DNA of 64,000 bases from Chloroflexota bacterium (GTDB lineage: Bacteria; Chloroflexota; Anaerolineae; Anaerolineales; DRMV01), in assembly GCA_011322445.1 (NCBI GenBank), contig DRMV01000033.1, forward strand, positions 6,671-70,670. Reading direction: 5' to 3'. A program made the position numbers and the translations under genes. Shown piece after piece: positions 8,935 through 20,932 of the stretch (positions are counted from its first letter, which is position 1; every line of letters begins with the position of its first letter). The notes under the pieces are model-generated. The model did not search any database and was not told the DNA's origin. It was given only the letters and a program-made list of their open reading frames with translations.

Positions 8935-11070
8935 ATGGCTACTGAGTTTCTGTTCAAGCAAGCCGCCAGGTTATGCAAAGTCCGCTGGGTTGTCTTGCTC
9001 TTTGCCACCCTGCTTGCCCTGCTTAGCGTCTCATTGGGGGCTTCGCTTCACCTCTTTCACATTTACCTGCGCCTCATCGCGCTCACAGCAGTCACCAACC
9101 TCATCTCCACCATCGCCTACGAACACTATCAGGCCCACGCGCGGGAATATACGTCCCGACAAACCACCGCGCTGCAATGGTGGACTTACTTCCAAACCCT
9201 GGCCGACCTGCTGCTCCTCACCGCAGGCATTCATTACACCGGCGGCATCCACAGCCCCGGCATCTACCTGCTTCTCATTTACATCGCTGGCATGGCCATT
9301 ACCTACGGCGCCATCCTCCCCGTCGCCATCTTTACCGGTATCAGCATGGCGCTGTTCACTGGCCTCTTCGTCGCCTACAAACATCAATGGCTGACACCCG
9401 TCGCTATTTTCTCTCCCCCAGCCGACAACCTGCCCCCTCCTGCCAGTTTTACCATCACGATTATCGCTGTCAACGGGCTTCTGCTGGCAATGGCAGGCAT
9501 TACCCTGGCACAATCCAGCCGCTTGCGCAAATTGTGGGAAGACTCGGAAGCCCAGCGCGCCTTTTTTTCCTCACTGCACCAACTTAGCCGCCACGGCTTG
9601 CAATACCACGACCTTCACCAGACCGTAAGTTTTCTCTCACAGCGCCTTCAAACGCTGTTGGAGGCCGATGAAGTTTTCACCATTTTGTGGGAAGAGCGCG
9701 GGGGGCATCTTTCACCGCTGGCAACCTACAACATCCACAACGACCTGAAGCACCGCTCTCTTTCACCCCAAGAAAGCGAGGCTTTCCACGAGAACTGCAA
9801 CATGCTCTTCCAACATCTGGAAGGGCTGCATCCCTTCTGGGTTCACCTCCACAAAGGCCCCCACCCACCGCTTCCGCCCGCCCTGCACCAGCGGCTTCAA
9901 CAATACCAAAGCCTGCTCCTCTTCCCCATCCACACCCCAGGAAGGCAAACCCTCATTGGGGTGGTTACCCTGGGCTTCCGTCGCACGCCGCGCGACCTGC
10001 AGGAATACACCCAACGCGCCCAGCGGGCGCTGGAAGTGGTCGCTCCCCTCTTTGCCCGCACCGTAACCCTCCACCAAACTTCGGCCCATCTGGCGCTGTT
10101 ACAGGAATTAGCCAACGACGTCACCGGCCTGACACAGAACCTCAACCTGCACCACCTGGCGCCTGCGATCACCGAAAACGCAGCACGCTTGCTCAACGCC
10201 ACCACGGCCATTTTCATTCCCTATGCCAATGCCCCCCTCGCCCAATACCTAAAAACCTGGCACACGGCAGGGCTTGACCCCTTCCTGGCGCAGGAATGCT
10301 ACAAACATCAAAACATTTGCCAGCGCCTGCTACGGGACGAGACCTTCCTGCAACTGGCCTTGCCCGAAGATTGCGCGCTTCTTCCGTCCACCTTGCAAGA
10401 AGCCTGCAAGGCGCACCATTTCCATGTGCTGGCTTTCTTCACCATCCCTTCCCCGCGAGCGCCGCTCGGCCTGCTCATTTTGCTCTGGCAAGACAAACGC
10501 CTGCTGCTCACGCCCCACGAAATCGCCGTGGGGAAACTCTTCGCCGCGCGCGCGGGCGCAGCCCTTTACAACGCTTATCTTTACCACTTGCTCCGCCGAG
10601 AAGCCCGTACCGACGCCCTCACCGGCCTCCCTAACCGCCGCGCCGTTGACGAAGCCCTGGAACAGGAATGGAAACGCGCCCAACGCTATCGTCACCCATT
10701 TTCCATCGTCATGCTCGACCTCAACCATTTCAAGCGCATCAACGACCAGTTCGGCCATCAAAAAGGCGATGTGGCCCTTCAACACGCCGCAGCCCTTTTG
10801 AAACAAAACCTCCGGGAAACCGACTTCGTCGGGCGCTACGGCGGCGATGAATTCCTCATCATCCTCCCCGAAAGCACGCGGGAAGACGCCCGCATCGTCA
10901 TGCACAAAGTCACCGAAGCCGCGGCCCACACTTCCTGGGACTTCCTGGCCCCCGATTTCCGTCTGACCCTCTCTTACGGCATTGCCACTTACCCCGACGA
11001 TGGCACCGATGTGTACACCCTGGTAGACATCGCCGACAGAAGGCTATACGAAAACAAGCCTGCCGAATGA
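8935..11070 (+). CDS. Membrane-anchored diguanylate cyclase with GAF-like domains
   Basis: About 6 TM helices, two GAF-like regions, TDALTGLPNRR, DLNHFKRINDQFGH, RETD I-site, GRYGGDEF. Confidence 0.92.
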   Translation: MATEFLFKQAARLCKVRWVVLLFATLLALLSVSLGASLHLFHIYLRLIALTAVTNLISTIAYEHYQAHAREYTSRQTTALQWWTYFQTLADLLLLTAGIHYTGGIHSPGIYLLLIYIAGMAITYGAILPVAIFTGISMALFTGLFVAYKHQWLTPVAIFSPPADNLPPPASFTITIIAVNGLLLAMAGITLAQSSRLRKLWEDSEAQRAFFSSLHQLSRHGLQYHDLHQTVSFLSQRLQTLLEADEVFTILWEERGGHLSPLATYNIHNDLKHRSLSPQESEAFHENCNMLFQHLEGLHPFWVHLHKGPHPPLPPALHQRLQQYQSLLLFPIHTPGRQTLIGVVTLGFRRTPRDLQEYTQRAQRALEVVAPLFARTVTLHQTSAHLALLQELANDVTGLTQNLNLHHLAPAITENAARLLNATTAIFIPYANAPLAQYLKTWHTAGLDPFLAQECYKHQNICQRLLRDETFLQLALPEDCALLPSTLQEACKAHHFHVLAFFTIPSPRAPLGLLILLWQDKRLLLTPHEIAVGKLFAARAGAALYNAYLYHLLRREARTDALTGLPNRRAVDEALEQEWKRAQRYRHPFSIVMLDLNHFKRINDQFGHQKGDVALQHAAALLKQNLRETDFVGRYGGDEFLIILPESTREDARIVMHKVTEAAAHTSWDFLAPDFRLTLSYGIATYPDDGTDVYTLVDIADRRLYENKPAE

Positions 11071-11182
11071 GAGGATATGCTATACTTTTTCCCAAAGCCG
11101 TCCGGCCTTCCCAAGCCCTGACGCCTTCCCCCCGCATTCTCCCCGGCGGCTATTCCATCCTGTCTTCTAAGGAGACGGAGCC

Positions 11183-12868
<1,686 letters not shown>

Positions 12869-12872
12869 AAGA

Positions 12873-12914
12873 TGCCCGGTGCACGGTGCAAGATGCATGG
12901 TGCAAGATGCACGA
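12873..12914 (+). repeat. Degenerate heptamer tandem repeat (6 units, TGC-led)
   Basis: tgcccgg tgcacgg tgcaaga tgcatgg tgcaaga tgcacga. Confidence 0.7.
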
Positions 12915-12951
12915 ATGAAGCGACCGGGCAACCAGGTAACGAAGTGACGAA

Positions 12952-13680
12952 GTGACAACCCTCAACGTGCTCATCACTGGTGCGGCGCGGCGGGTAGGCA
13001 AGATGTTAGCCGAAGCCGTCGCCGAAGCAGGGGGCAACATCGCGCTGCATTACGGGCATTCACGCGCCGCCGCGGAAGCCACCGCGGCGGCGTTGCGCGC
13101 CCGCGGCGCCACCGTCGCGCTGCTGCAAGCCGACCTGAACGACCCCACCGCGGCCGCCGCGCTGGTGGGCCGCGCGTGGGATGCCCTGGGCAGCCTGAAC
13201 GCCCTGGTCAACAGCGCCGCTATCTTTGAAAACCTCACCTGGCAAACCACCGACCTCGCCGCCTGGGAACGCCACCTGCGCATCAACCTGACCGCGCCCT
13301 TCCTGCTCTCGCAGGCCTTTGCCCGCCGTCTGCTGGCCCAGCCGGAAGCCACAGGGCGTATCGTCAACATCCTCGACTGGCGCGCCCTGCGCCCCGCCGA
13401 CGACCACCTGCCCTACACCATCAGCAAGGCCGGGCTGGCGGCGCTGACGCAATCCCTTGCGGTGGCTTTTGCACCCCGCATCACGGTCAACGGCATCGCC
13501 CTGGGCGCGGTGCTGCCGCCTTCCGACGGGCAGCCCGCCCCCAAGGTACTGCACGCCACACCCATCAGCCGCTGGGCCACGGCTGAAGAAGTCCGGCACA
13601 CGCTGCGCTTCCTGCTCACCGGCCCGGCCTACATCACGGGGGAAATCCTTCACCTCGACGGCGGCAGGCATCTGGTGTAA
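12952..13680 (+). CDS. SDR oxidoreductase, pteridine reductase/FolM-like
   Basis: TGAARRVG (GxxxRxG of PTR1/FolM), VNSA, YTISK, ITGEILHLDGG. Confidence 0.85.
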   Translation: MTTLNVLITGAARRVGKMLAEAVAEAGGNIALHYGHSRAAAEATAAALRARGATVALLQADLNDPTAAAALVGRAWDALGSLNALVNSAAIFENLTWQTTDLAAWERHLRINLTAPFLLSQAFARRLLAQPEATGRIVNILDWRALRPADDHLPYTISKAGLAALTQSLAVAFAPRITVNGIALGAVLPPSDGQPAPKVLHATPISRWATAEEVRHTLRFLLTGPAYITGEILHLDGGRHLV

Positions 13681-13712
13681 CCGAGCCCAAGCGAGGCGCA
13701 TGGAGATATCAA

Positions 13713-13739
13713 AAACAGCCCCCGAATCGGGGGCTGTTT
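13713..13739. terminator. Bidirectional terminator between convergent genes
   Basis: AAACAGCCCCC-GAATC-GGGGGCTGTTT. Confidence 0.8.
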
Positions 13740-13775
13740 GCGTTTCCAGGGCCAAACGCCGCATCTGCTCAGAAC

Positions 13776-15398
13776 TTACGGCAAACTCGTCCAGTAATCC
13801 ACTTCATCTACTGCCACGGTAAAGTTAGCCGTCTTTTCCGAAGCAATCACCAAACCAAACTTCCCCGCCGCACTGTATCGGCTTTGCGATACCGAAGCCA
13901 GCAACACCCGGTTGGCATACAGTTTGATCGTGTTGCCTTCCAGCCACACGCCCATGCGGTTGGTCTGATTAGGCCCTGCATGGATGCCCGCCCCATGAGC
14001 CCAGCGGTGCAAGGCAGTGTAATTCGAGCCATCCCAGATATAGATGCGGTAACGCCCATCACAAGAGAACTCAATGACGATACCCTGCGTGGGGTCAGGA
14101 GCGCGCACAATCAAGCCGTAGCGGTCCAGGCCGGTGCAGGTATTGCCAGTGATGAAAGTTGCCTCAATGAAACCATCGCCCAACGGCGGGTAAGATGAAA
14201 GCGCCCACGAATCCAGCATGCCGGGGGTCAAGGCGTGCAACAGCAGTTTGCCGCCCCCCATCTCGAACCGGGCATCGGCGGTGTCGAGCAAATACCACCG
14301 GGCTGCGCTATTCATCGGGTCGGTCACGCTGGGCGCGCCGAGGTTCAGCGTCGCCACCACTTCCGGCACCTTGATTTCCACCCATACCGAGCCTTCGCCC
14401 TGTTTCCCCGGCCCAAAGCGGTCGCCTTTGGGGTCTTCCAGCCGCCACTCGCTGCGATAAGTGCCGGGGGTTGTGGGGGCCACAAACTTCACCTTCAGCG
14501 TCACCTGCCCTCCCGGCGGCACGGTCTCGGTCAACGGCACCCGGTCGGGAGCGCCCAGCAACTCGCCATCGGTATGCACCAGGGCATAGTTTTTCGTCCA
14601 CGGGCAGGTGCCGGTGTTTTCCAGCACCCACTCTTTCGTGAACGGGTCGCCCGGTGTGACTTCCGAACCGTCGGGGTAATTCTCGGAAACGAACTTCGCC
14701 CGGTTGTCGCAATGCGTCCAGGGGAACCAGCCGAAGCCCACCTCAACGGTCTCTCCCGCACGCACCACGACCTGCCGGAAGCCGGTCTTGACGCCGGGGG
14801 CGGTCCATTCGCCTGCGAGAAAGCGCCCAGCATTCGGCGGCTGATAGGGGTCAATGCTCACGCAATAGGTGCCGGGGGCAAGGTTAGGGAAAGCATAATG
14901 CCCTTGCTCATCGGTTGTCACCGAGAGGAAAGGCTCACCGGGACATTCCCCGCTTGCCAGGCTCACCTCGACGCCGCTCATGGCCGGCTCTTCATCCTGA
15001 TGTACGCCATCACCGGCATAGCCAATTTCGGGGTACTGCTTGCAATTAGGACCAGGCGTGGGGCTGGCAGCATCGCCGGTGGTGGTACACAGATCTTGCC
15101 ATACCAAACCTTCTATCGTGCCGGTGGCAGGCGTGGGCGTGCCTCCCGTCGCTGTCGGGGTAGCACCTCCCGGTTGAGCGGAAGGCACCATCGCACTACC
15201 CGAGGGTCCAGCGGTTCCTTGGGGAGTGCCTGCCATCCCCGGCGTGGGTTGGTTCCCCCCGCCGTGCCCCACGATGGCTGTCAACGTCGCCTGCACCGCC
15301 GTCGCCACTGGCACCGGTGTGGCCTGCGGCAAATTGCAAGCGGCCAATGCCAACAACAAAACCACAGCAAGCAGAAAGCCAACCCGTTTTGCCACCAT
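13776..15398 (-). CDS. Lipoprotein with SdrD-B-like, NBR1-Ig-like and lectin-like beta-sandwich domains
   Basis: Lipobox LALAAC, Pro/Thr linker, GTIEGLVWQD...TTDEQGHYAF..LAPGTY (SdrD B), FTKEWVLENTGTCPW...PGTYRSEWRL (NBR1-Ig). Confidence 0.8.
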   Translation of the reverse strand: MVAKRVGFLLAVVLLLALAACNLPQATPVPVATAVQATLTAIVGHGGGNQPTPGMAGTPQGTAGPSGSAMVPSAQPGGATPTATGGTPTPATGTIEGLVWQDLCTTTGDAASPTPGPNCKQYPEIGYAGDGVHQDEEPAMSGVEVSLASGECPGEPFLSVTTDEQGHYAFPNLAPGTYCVSIDPYQPPNAGRFLAGEWTAPGVKTGFRQVVVRAGETVEVGFGWFPWTHCDNRAKFVSENYPDGSEVTPGDPFTKEWVLENTGTCPWTKNYALVHTDGELLGAPDRVPLTETVPPGGQVTLKVKFVAPTTPGTYRSEWRLEDPKGDRFGPGKQGEGSVWVEIKVPEVVATLNLGAPSVTDPMNSAARWYLLDTADARFEMGGGKLLLHALTPGMLDSWALSSYPPLGDGFIEATFITGNTCTGLDRYGLIVRAPDPTQGIVIEFSCDGRYRIYIWDGSNYTALHRWAHGAGIHAGPNQTNRMGVWLEGNTIKLYANRVLLASVSQSRYSAAGKFGLVIASEKTANFTVAVDEVDYWTSLP

Positions 15399-15406
15399 CT
15401 CGCACC

Positions 15407-16054
15407 TCACTTGCGCCCCAACAGCGCCAGCGCCCGCCCAAGCAGCAGGCTCAGCCCTCCCAGTAACACAAAGGCATCACGCCAAAAGCGTTCCGGGAAC
15501 AGGCGGATCAATGAATCACTATAATTGAAAAGCCAGGTATCGCCCTCGAAAAACACGCGATGGAAATCGACGAAGAGCGTTTGGAAAGCAACGACGGCCA
15601 GCACGACCACAGCCAACATCAAACCAATGGTCAACCAGCCGCCCCATGCCAACCCACGCCGATAAGCCGCCCACTGACCGCTGCGATAAGCCGCCAGCCC
15701 CAACAACACCAGCAGCGCGAGCACGCCATACCACACGGTCAACGCCGCCTTGACCACCCGCTTGACGTCGGCCATGTGGCGCAATTCACGGGCGTTGTAA
15801 AGCGGCGAGCCATCGGGCAGGCGTTGCTCAGCCAGGAAGTCAATGCCCGCATTGTTGAGCAGGTATTGCCGCGAAATGTCGGCCCAGTGCAGGCGGTCAG
15901 CGGTGGTAAAGCCAAACACATCAGGCGGGAAGTTGGGGGTGCGGTATTCCACCTGAATGAAAAGAGGGGTCAGCATCAGCCGCACCACCCCCAGCACAAT
16001 GGCAGGCGGCACCAACAACATCACGAGCCAGGAAAGGATTTTGGAAAGCGTCAT
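15407..16054 (-). CDS. Integral membrane protein, TIGR01906/DUF1461-like
   Basis: ELRHMADVK, FVDFHRVFF...W.F...DSLIRLFPERFW. Confidence 0.8.
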   Translation of the reverse strand: MTLSKILSWLVMLLVPPAIVLGVVRLMLTPLFIQVEYRTPNFPPDVFGFTTADRLHWADISRQYLLNNAGIDFLAEQRLPDGSPLYNARELRHMADVKRVVKAALTVWYGVLALLVLLGLAAYRSGQWAAYRRGLAWGGWLTIGLMLAVVVLAVVAFQTLFVDFHRVFFEGDTWLFNYSDSLIRLFPERFWRDAFVLLGGLSLLLGRALALLGRK

Positions 16055-16077
16055 CGCGTTGCTCTCGTGTGCAAGAC

Positions 16078-16105
16078 AAAAAGCGGCCACCTCGCGGCAG
16101 CCGCT
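16078..16105 (-). terminator. Intrinsic terminator after ndk
   Basis: Minus strand AGCGGCTGCC-GCGA-GGTGGCCGCT followed by a T run. Confidence 0.65.
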
Positions 16106-16120
16106 CATGCGTTCAGGAAT

Positions 16121-16570
16121 TTACTCAAAAATCCAGCGGTCAACATCCCGGCTCCAGGCCACCAGTTCCTCAGGCCGGAACCAAAGGGCCACTTCCTTCT
16201 CGCCGTTCTCAGGCGAATCGGAGGCATGGGTCAGGTTGCGCCCAATTTCCAGGGCGAAATCGTGCCGAATCGTGCCCGGCGCAGCCTCAGTGGGGCGTGT
16301 TGCCCCCATCGTCTGCCGCACAGCAGCGACCGCGTTGGGGCCTTCCCACACCATCGCCATGACCGGCGCCGAGGTAATGTAAGCAATCAAACCATCGTAA
16401 AAAGGCTTGCCTTTGTGAATGGCATAATGCGCCTCGGCCAGTTCACGGCTAACCTGCATAAACTTTGCCGCCACCAGACGCAGGCCGCGGCGCTCCAGGC
16501 GAGAAATCACCTCGCCAATCAACCCTCGCTGCACGCCATCGGGCTTGACCAACACAAGTGTTCGTTCCAC
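16121..16570 (-). CDS. ndk: Nucleoside diphosphate kinase
   Basis: [32 protein letters not shown]. Confidence 0.97.
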   Translation of the reverse strand: MERTLVLVKPDGVQRGLIGEVISRLERRGLRLVAAKFMQVSRELAEAHYAIHKGKPFYDGLIAYITSAPVMAMVWEGPNAVAAVRQTMGATRPTEAAPGTIRHDFALEIGRNLTHASDSPENGEKEVALWFRPEELVAWSRDVDRWIFE

Positions 16571-16619
16571 AGAAAACCTCCTCGTCGAAATTTGTGGCCT
16601 AATTGTACCATGTGCGCCC

Positions 16620-18983
16620 TCAAGGCACGCAAGAGCGCGCCGTCCGCGTCCACAAACGGCTGCCGTCGGTCGTCAGGGTGATGCGGCCACAACGATCCGT
16701 GCGCAACAAGGGGAAGCCCTGCAAAGCCTGCAACAATTCCAGGCTGGGGCGACCATGAGGGTCCGCCTGGCGAACACTCAACAGCACTACCCGCGGCTCC
16801 AAACGCCTCACCCACGCAGGCGGATTGAGAGGAGCATAGCCACCATCGGCCAGCAGCAATGCGGTCAGGGGCGCCCATTGGCTTTGTTGCCCTTCCACCT
16901 GCGCCAGAGCATCGAAATCCATCCCCAGGGGCAACAAAAGCCGGAAATCGCGCCACTGCAACAAGAAAACACCGCCCCGGGGGGAAACTGCCAAAGCCCG
17001 CAGGCGGGCCCCATCACCCAGCGCCAGCGACGCGCCGGGGACCACGGCCTGCACCGGCACCCCTGCGGTCTGCAACTGGTCTCGCAAAGCCCGCGCCGCC
17101 GGCGAAATTTGCGCCGCCCCCGCCCACCACACCGCGCGCGGCGGGTCGGATGCCAGCACGGGCAACAGGCCTTCCACCATTTCACTACGGGTTGCCCCCA
17201 CCACCCACCAGTCCAAACGCGCGCCCAGCGGCAGGCTGCGCCCCAAAGCCTCGGTCAGCGCGCTGCCACGTTCCCCGCCGCCAATAAGCACCCAGCGGCC
17301 GGTCGGCGTATGCACCAGAAGCGCCGCGCCGTTGCCTACCGGCAACAGCGCCACCTGCAAACGCCCATCGGGGCGTGTCAGCCCCACATGCCATACCAAC
17401 ATAGCCATCACCGCCAGGGAAGGCAGCAACGCCGCCTTCACCACGCCCGAGCGCCATCGCTCCAACCAACGCGTCCGTTGCCGCCACAGCGCAACACCCG
17501 CCGCTAACGCGGCGTAATAAGCCACCACGCCGCCCACCCCAAAATTCGCCGTGGCTACCGTCGTCAAGGGCCAGGCGGCAAAGAATTCCACCGCCCGAAT
17601 CGTGTAAGCCGCCAGCGGCCATACCGCCCAGGCCACCATCTTGCCCAGCGGCAGCCACACCAACCCCAACACCACCGCCGCCCCTGCCCCCACCATCAGC
17701 GGGGCCTGCACAGGCAACACCGCAGGGTTGGCAAGAAACGAAATCACCGAAATACGATGGAAAGCATAGGCGCTGATAGGCAAAGTGAGCAACTGCGCCG
17801 CGAGGGTAAAAAGGAAAAACTCCCCCACGGGCGCAGCCCAGCGCCGCGCTTGCCGGGGCGCAAGCCAGCGCCGCAGCACACGCTCGGCAGCCTGCTGGAA
17901 CGGTTCGGCAAAAAGCACCAGCCCCAACGTGGCGGCAAAAGAGAGCTGAAAACCAACATCGCCCAGAATGCGCGGATTGAATGCCGTCATGACGGCCGCT
18001 GTCACCGCCAGGGTCGTGTAAGCGTGCTGCCTGCGACCCGCGCGCAAGGCTGCCATACCCAAAAGGCCCATGATGGCTGCCCGCACCACCGCCGCCCCCG
18101 CGCCCACCAACACGGTATAGCCCACCACCGCCAGCGCCGCCAATGCCGTGCCCCGCGCTTCCCCCAACAACCGCCCAAACAACGCTACAAACAGTCCCGC
18201 CAAAATGGTGATGTTGAAGCCGCTGATGGCAATGATGTGCGCCGTGCCCGTCGCCCGGAACGCATCGTACACGGCGCGCGGAATGCCCTTTTCCAGCCCC
18301 AACAAGATGCCAGCCAGCAAAGCCGATTCAGGGCTGGGCCATAGCCGCTGCACCACTGCCGCCGCACGTTCCCGCAAGGCATAAACGGCTGCCAACAGGG
18401 GATTCCCCTGCCCGCGCGCCAGCACCCCCAGCCGCCGCGCGGTCATCGTCACGAAAATACCCTGCCGAGCGAGATAATCGCGCCACGAAAAACGCGCCCC
18501 CGCAGGCGGCAGCGTCAACCAGCCGCTCACCACCACGCGGTCGCCATAGCGCAAATGCTGCGTCTGCTCGGGCGTGGTGCGCACCAGCAACAGGCCATGC
18601 ACCGGCGTTTCGGCGGTTTCCCCCGCAAAGCGCAAGCGCTCGACCCTCAGCCGCAAATTGGCGTAAGTATCCCGAATATCGGGCGGTTCGGTCAGCACCC
18701 CCACCACCGTGGCTTCCTGCCGCCAACCGGCATACGCGCCAATGAACGTCAAATCGTCGAAATCGGGTTGCACAGCCTGCCAGCGCCATATCCCCAACGC
18801 TGCCATGCCTACCAACAGGAAAACACCGCCGCGAGCAAGCCCCCCGCGGCGGGCACCCCAAGCCACCGCCACACTCGTCCACGCGACCACCACCCACCCC
18901 CAACCCCATCGCGGCAGCCAGGGAGCCATCACCACGCCAATGACAAAGGCCAGCGCCATCCACAGCGCCGGATACGCGCCCAT
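16620..18983 (-). CDS. comEC: ComEC/Rec2 DNA uptake channel with degenerate C-terminal MBL-fold domain
   Basis: DUF4131/OB-like N-terminus, [44 protein letters not shown]; start approximate. Confidence 0.9.
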   Translation of the reverse strand: MGAYPALWMALAFVIGVVMAPWLPRWGWGWVVVAWTSVAVAWGARRGGLARGGVFLLVGMAALGIWRWQAVQPDFDDLTFIGAYAGWRQEATVVGVLTEPPDIRDTYANLRLRVERLRFAGETAETPVHGLLLVRTTPEQTQHLRYGDRVVVSGWLTLPPAGARFSWRDYLARQGIFVTMTARRLGVLARGQGNPLLAAVYALRERAAAVVQRLWPSPESALLAGILLGLEKGIPRAVYDAFRATGTAHIIAISGFNITILAGLFVALFGRLLGEARGTALAALAVVGYTVLVGAGAAVVRAAIMGLLGMAALRAGRRQHAYTTLAVTAAVMTAFNPRILGDVGFQLSFAATLGLVLFAEPFQQAAERVLRRWLAPRQARRWAAPVGEFFLFTLAAQLLTLPISAYAFHRISVISFLANPAVLPVQAPLMVGAGAAVVLGLVWLPLGKMVAWAVWPLAAYTIRAVEFFAAWPLTTVATANFGVGGVVAYYAALAAGVALWRQRTRWLERWRSGVVKAALLPSLAVMAMLVWHVGLTRPDGRLQVALLPVGNGAALLVHTPTGRWVLIGGGERGSALTEALGRSLPLGARLDWWVVGATRSEMVEGLLPVLASDPPRAVWWAGAAQISPAARALRDQLQTAGVPVQAVVPGASLALGDGARLRALAVSPRGGVFLLQWRDFRLLLPLGMDFDALAQVEGQQSQWAPLTALLLADGGYAPLNPPAWVRRLEPRVVLLSVRQADPHGRPSLELLQALQGFPLLRTDRCGRITLTTDGSRLWTRTARSCVP

Positions 18984-19097
18984 GCGTTCCCCCGCAAGTA
19001 GTACAATAACGTGCTTCAACCGCCCGCCCTGCTTGCCCAGCGCGGCAAGCCCAACCCCTTGGGCATAAAACGCCCCTTTCTTCAATTATACACGCCG

Positions 19098-20894
19098 ATG
19101 AACCCTGCCATCCTTTTTGCCGAAATTTTCGTCGACGAGCTCACCCGCCTGCCGCTGAGCGGGGTCGTGATTTGCCCCGGCTCACGCAGCACGCCGCTCA
19201 CGGTTGCTTTCAGTCGTCAGCACGCCCTGCCGGTGTACATGCACCTCGACGAGCGCGCCGCGGCCTATTTTGCTATCGGGCTGGCGCTGGAAACCGGCCG
19301 CCCTGCCGCCGTGGTCACGACCTCGGGCACCGCAACGGCCAACCTGCACCCCGCGGTGCTGGAAGCCGATCGTGCTCTTGTGCCCCTGTTGCTGCTCACC
19401 GCCGACCGTCCCCCCGAACTGCGCGACAGCGGGGCCAACCAAACCACCGACCAGGTAAAACTCTACGGTCAGGCCGTGCGCTGGTATGCCGAAATGCCCT
19501 TGCCAGAAAGCTCCCCCAGCAGCCGCCTGCTGCGCGCCGTGCGGGCAACCGCCGACCGTGCCGTCGCCGCGGCACAGGGCATCACCGGCCGCCCCGGCCC
19601 CGTGCACCTCAACTTTCCTTTCCGCAAACCGCTGGAACCGGAAGGCAACGAAAGCGCCCTTCTCGCCGACAGCGTCCCCACTTCCACTCTGTCTCCCGCC
19701 TGGGAATTGGCTATACGAAACCCCCTCGGCGCGAAGGGACGCGCGCAAAAACAGCCACTCGTCGCGCTTTCTGCCGCGCCCCGCCAGCCCACGCCACCGC
19801 AAATCGAAGCCCTGGCCGCACTGGTGCGCGCCCATCGCCGGGGCGTCATCCTCGCGGGCCCCAAGGCCGCGCCTACGCCCGAAATTGCCGCCCTGCTCCG
19901 CCACTTTGCCACAGCGGCAGGCTATCCTCTCCTCGCCGACGCGCTCTCAGGCGTGCGTTTCGGGGCAGCGAGCCATGCCCCGCTTGTGCTGGGCGGTCAA
20001 GCCCTCTTCCTCGCCGCGGGGCTGCCCCACACACCCCCGCCTGAGGTCGTCTTCCTCTTCGGAGCGCCACCCGTCAGCAACGCCCCGCTGGCCTTCCTCG
20101 CCAACCTGCCCCCAGAAACCCAAGTCGTCGCCATTACCCCTCACGCCGCCTGGCCCAACCCGGCGTTCCGGCTCGCGCACTGGTTGCTGGCCGACCTCGA
20201 GCCCACCCTGCAGGCGCTTACTGTCGCGCTGGAACCTTCCCCGCCCACCGACGAAAGCTGGCTGGCCGCCTGGCAGGCTGCCGAGCGCACCACCCGCGAG
20301 GTTGTTGCCGCTGCGCCGCGCACCGAAGGCCGCCTGCTGGCCGACCTCGTCCGGGCTCTGCCCGCCGAAGCCCGCCTGTTCGCAGGCAACAGCCTGCCCG
20401 TCCGCCACCTGGACGAATATGCCCCACCCACCGAAACGCCCCTGCGGGTTTTCGCCAACCGTGGCCTGAGCGGCATTGATGGCGTGGTTTCCAGCGCCGC
20501 GGGCGTGGCCGCAGCCAGCCAACGCCCCACCGTGTTGGTGCTCGGCGACCTTTCCCTGCTGCACGACCTCGGCGGGCTGTTCGCCGTGCGCCGTTTTGGC
20601 CTGAACCATTTGCAAATTGTGGTGCTGAACAACGACGGCGGGGGCATTTTTCAGCGCCTGCCCATCGCCCAACACGAACCGCCCTTTACCGCCATGTTCC
20701 GTACCCCTCACGGCCTGACCTTCGAGCATGCTGCAGCACTCTACGGCCTGAACTACCGCCGTCTGGAAGCCACCGACCTCACCGACGCCCTGCGCAGCGC
20801 CTTGCGCAGCGGCCAGCCCCACCTGCTGGAAGTGCCCACCGATGTGCAGGCCCACGAAACCGCGCGGCAGCGTTTGCTCACCCGGTTGAGGTAG
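19098..20894 (+). CDS. menD: SEPHCHC synthase (menaquinone biosynthesis)
   Basis: CPGSRSTPL, DERAAAY, TTSGTATAN, TADRPPEL, NRGLSGIDG, GDLSLLHD, NNDGGGIF. Confidence 0.95.
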   Translation: MNPAILFAEIFVDELTRLPLSGVVICPGSRSTPLTVAFSRQHALPVYMHLDERAAAYFAIGLALETGRPAAVVTTSGTATANLHPAVLEADRALVPLLLLTADRPPELRDSGANQTTDQVKLYGQAVRWYAEMPLPESSPSSRLLRAVRATADRAVAAAQGITGRPGPVHLNFPFRKPLEPEGNESALLADSVPTSTLSPAWELAIRNPLGAKGRAQKQPLVALSAAPRQPTPPQIEALAALVRAHRRGVILAGPKAAPTPEIAALLRHFATAAGYPLLADALSGVRFGAASHAPLVLGGQALFLAAGLPHTPPPEVVFLFGAPPVSNAPLAFLANLPPETQVVAITPHAAWPNPAFRLAHWLLADLEPTLQALTVALEPSPPTDESWLAAWQAAERTTREVVAAAPRTEGRLLADLVRALPAEARLFAGNSLPVRHLDEYAPPTETPLRVFANRGLSGIDGVVSSAAGVAAASQRPTVLVLGDLSLLHDLGGLFAVRRFGLNHLQIVVLNNDGGGIFQRLPIAQHEPPFTAMFRTPHGLTFEHAAALYGLNYRRLEATDLTDALRSALRSGQPHLLEVPTDVQAHETARQRLLTRLR

Positions 20895-20932
20895 AATAAG
20901 CCCAACGCACCCTGTCATTCGGAGGTTCCCTT

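Noticed and set aside
11071..11182. Cobalamin riboswitch upstream of the B12-dependent mutase
   Set aside because: Too short and lacks the B12-box; only a -10-like TATACT and an RBS are visible
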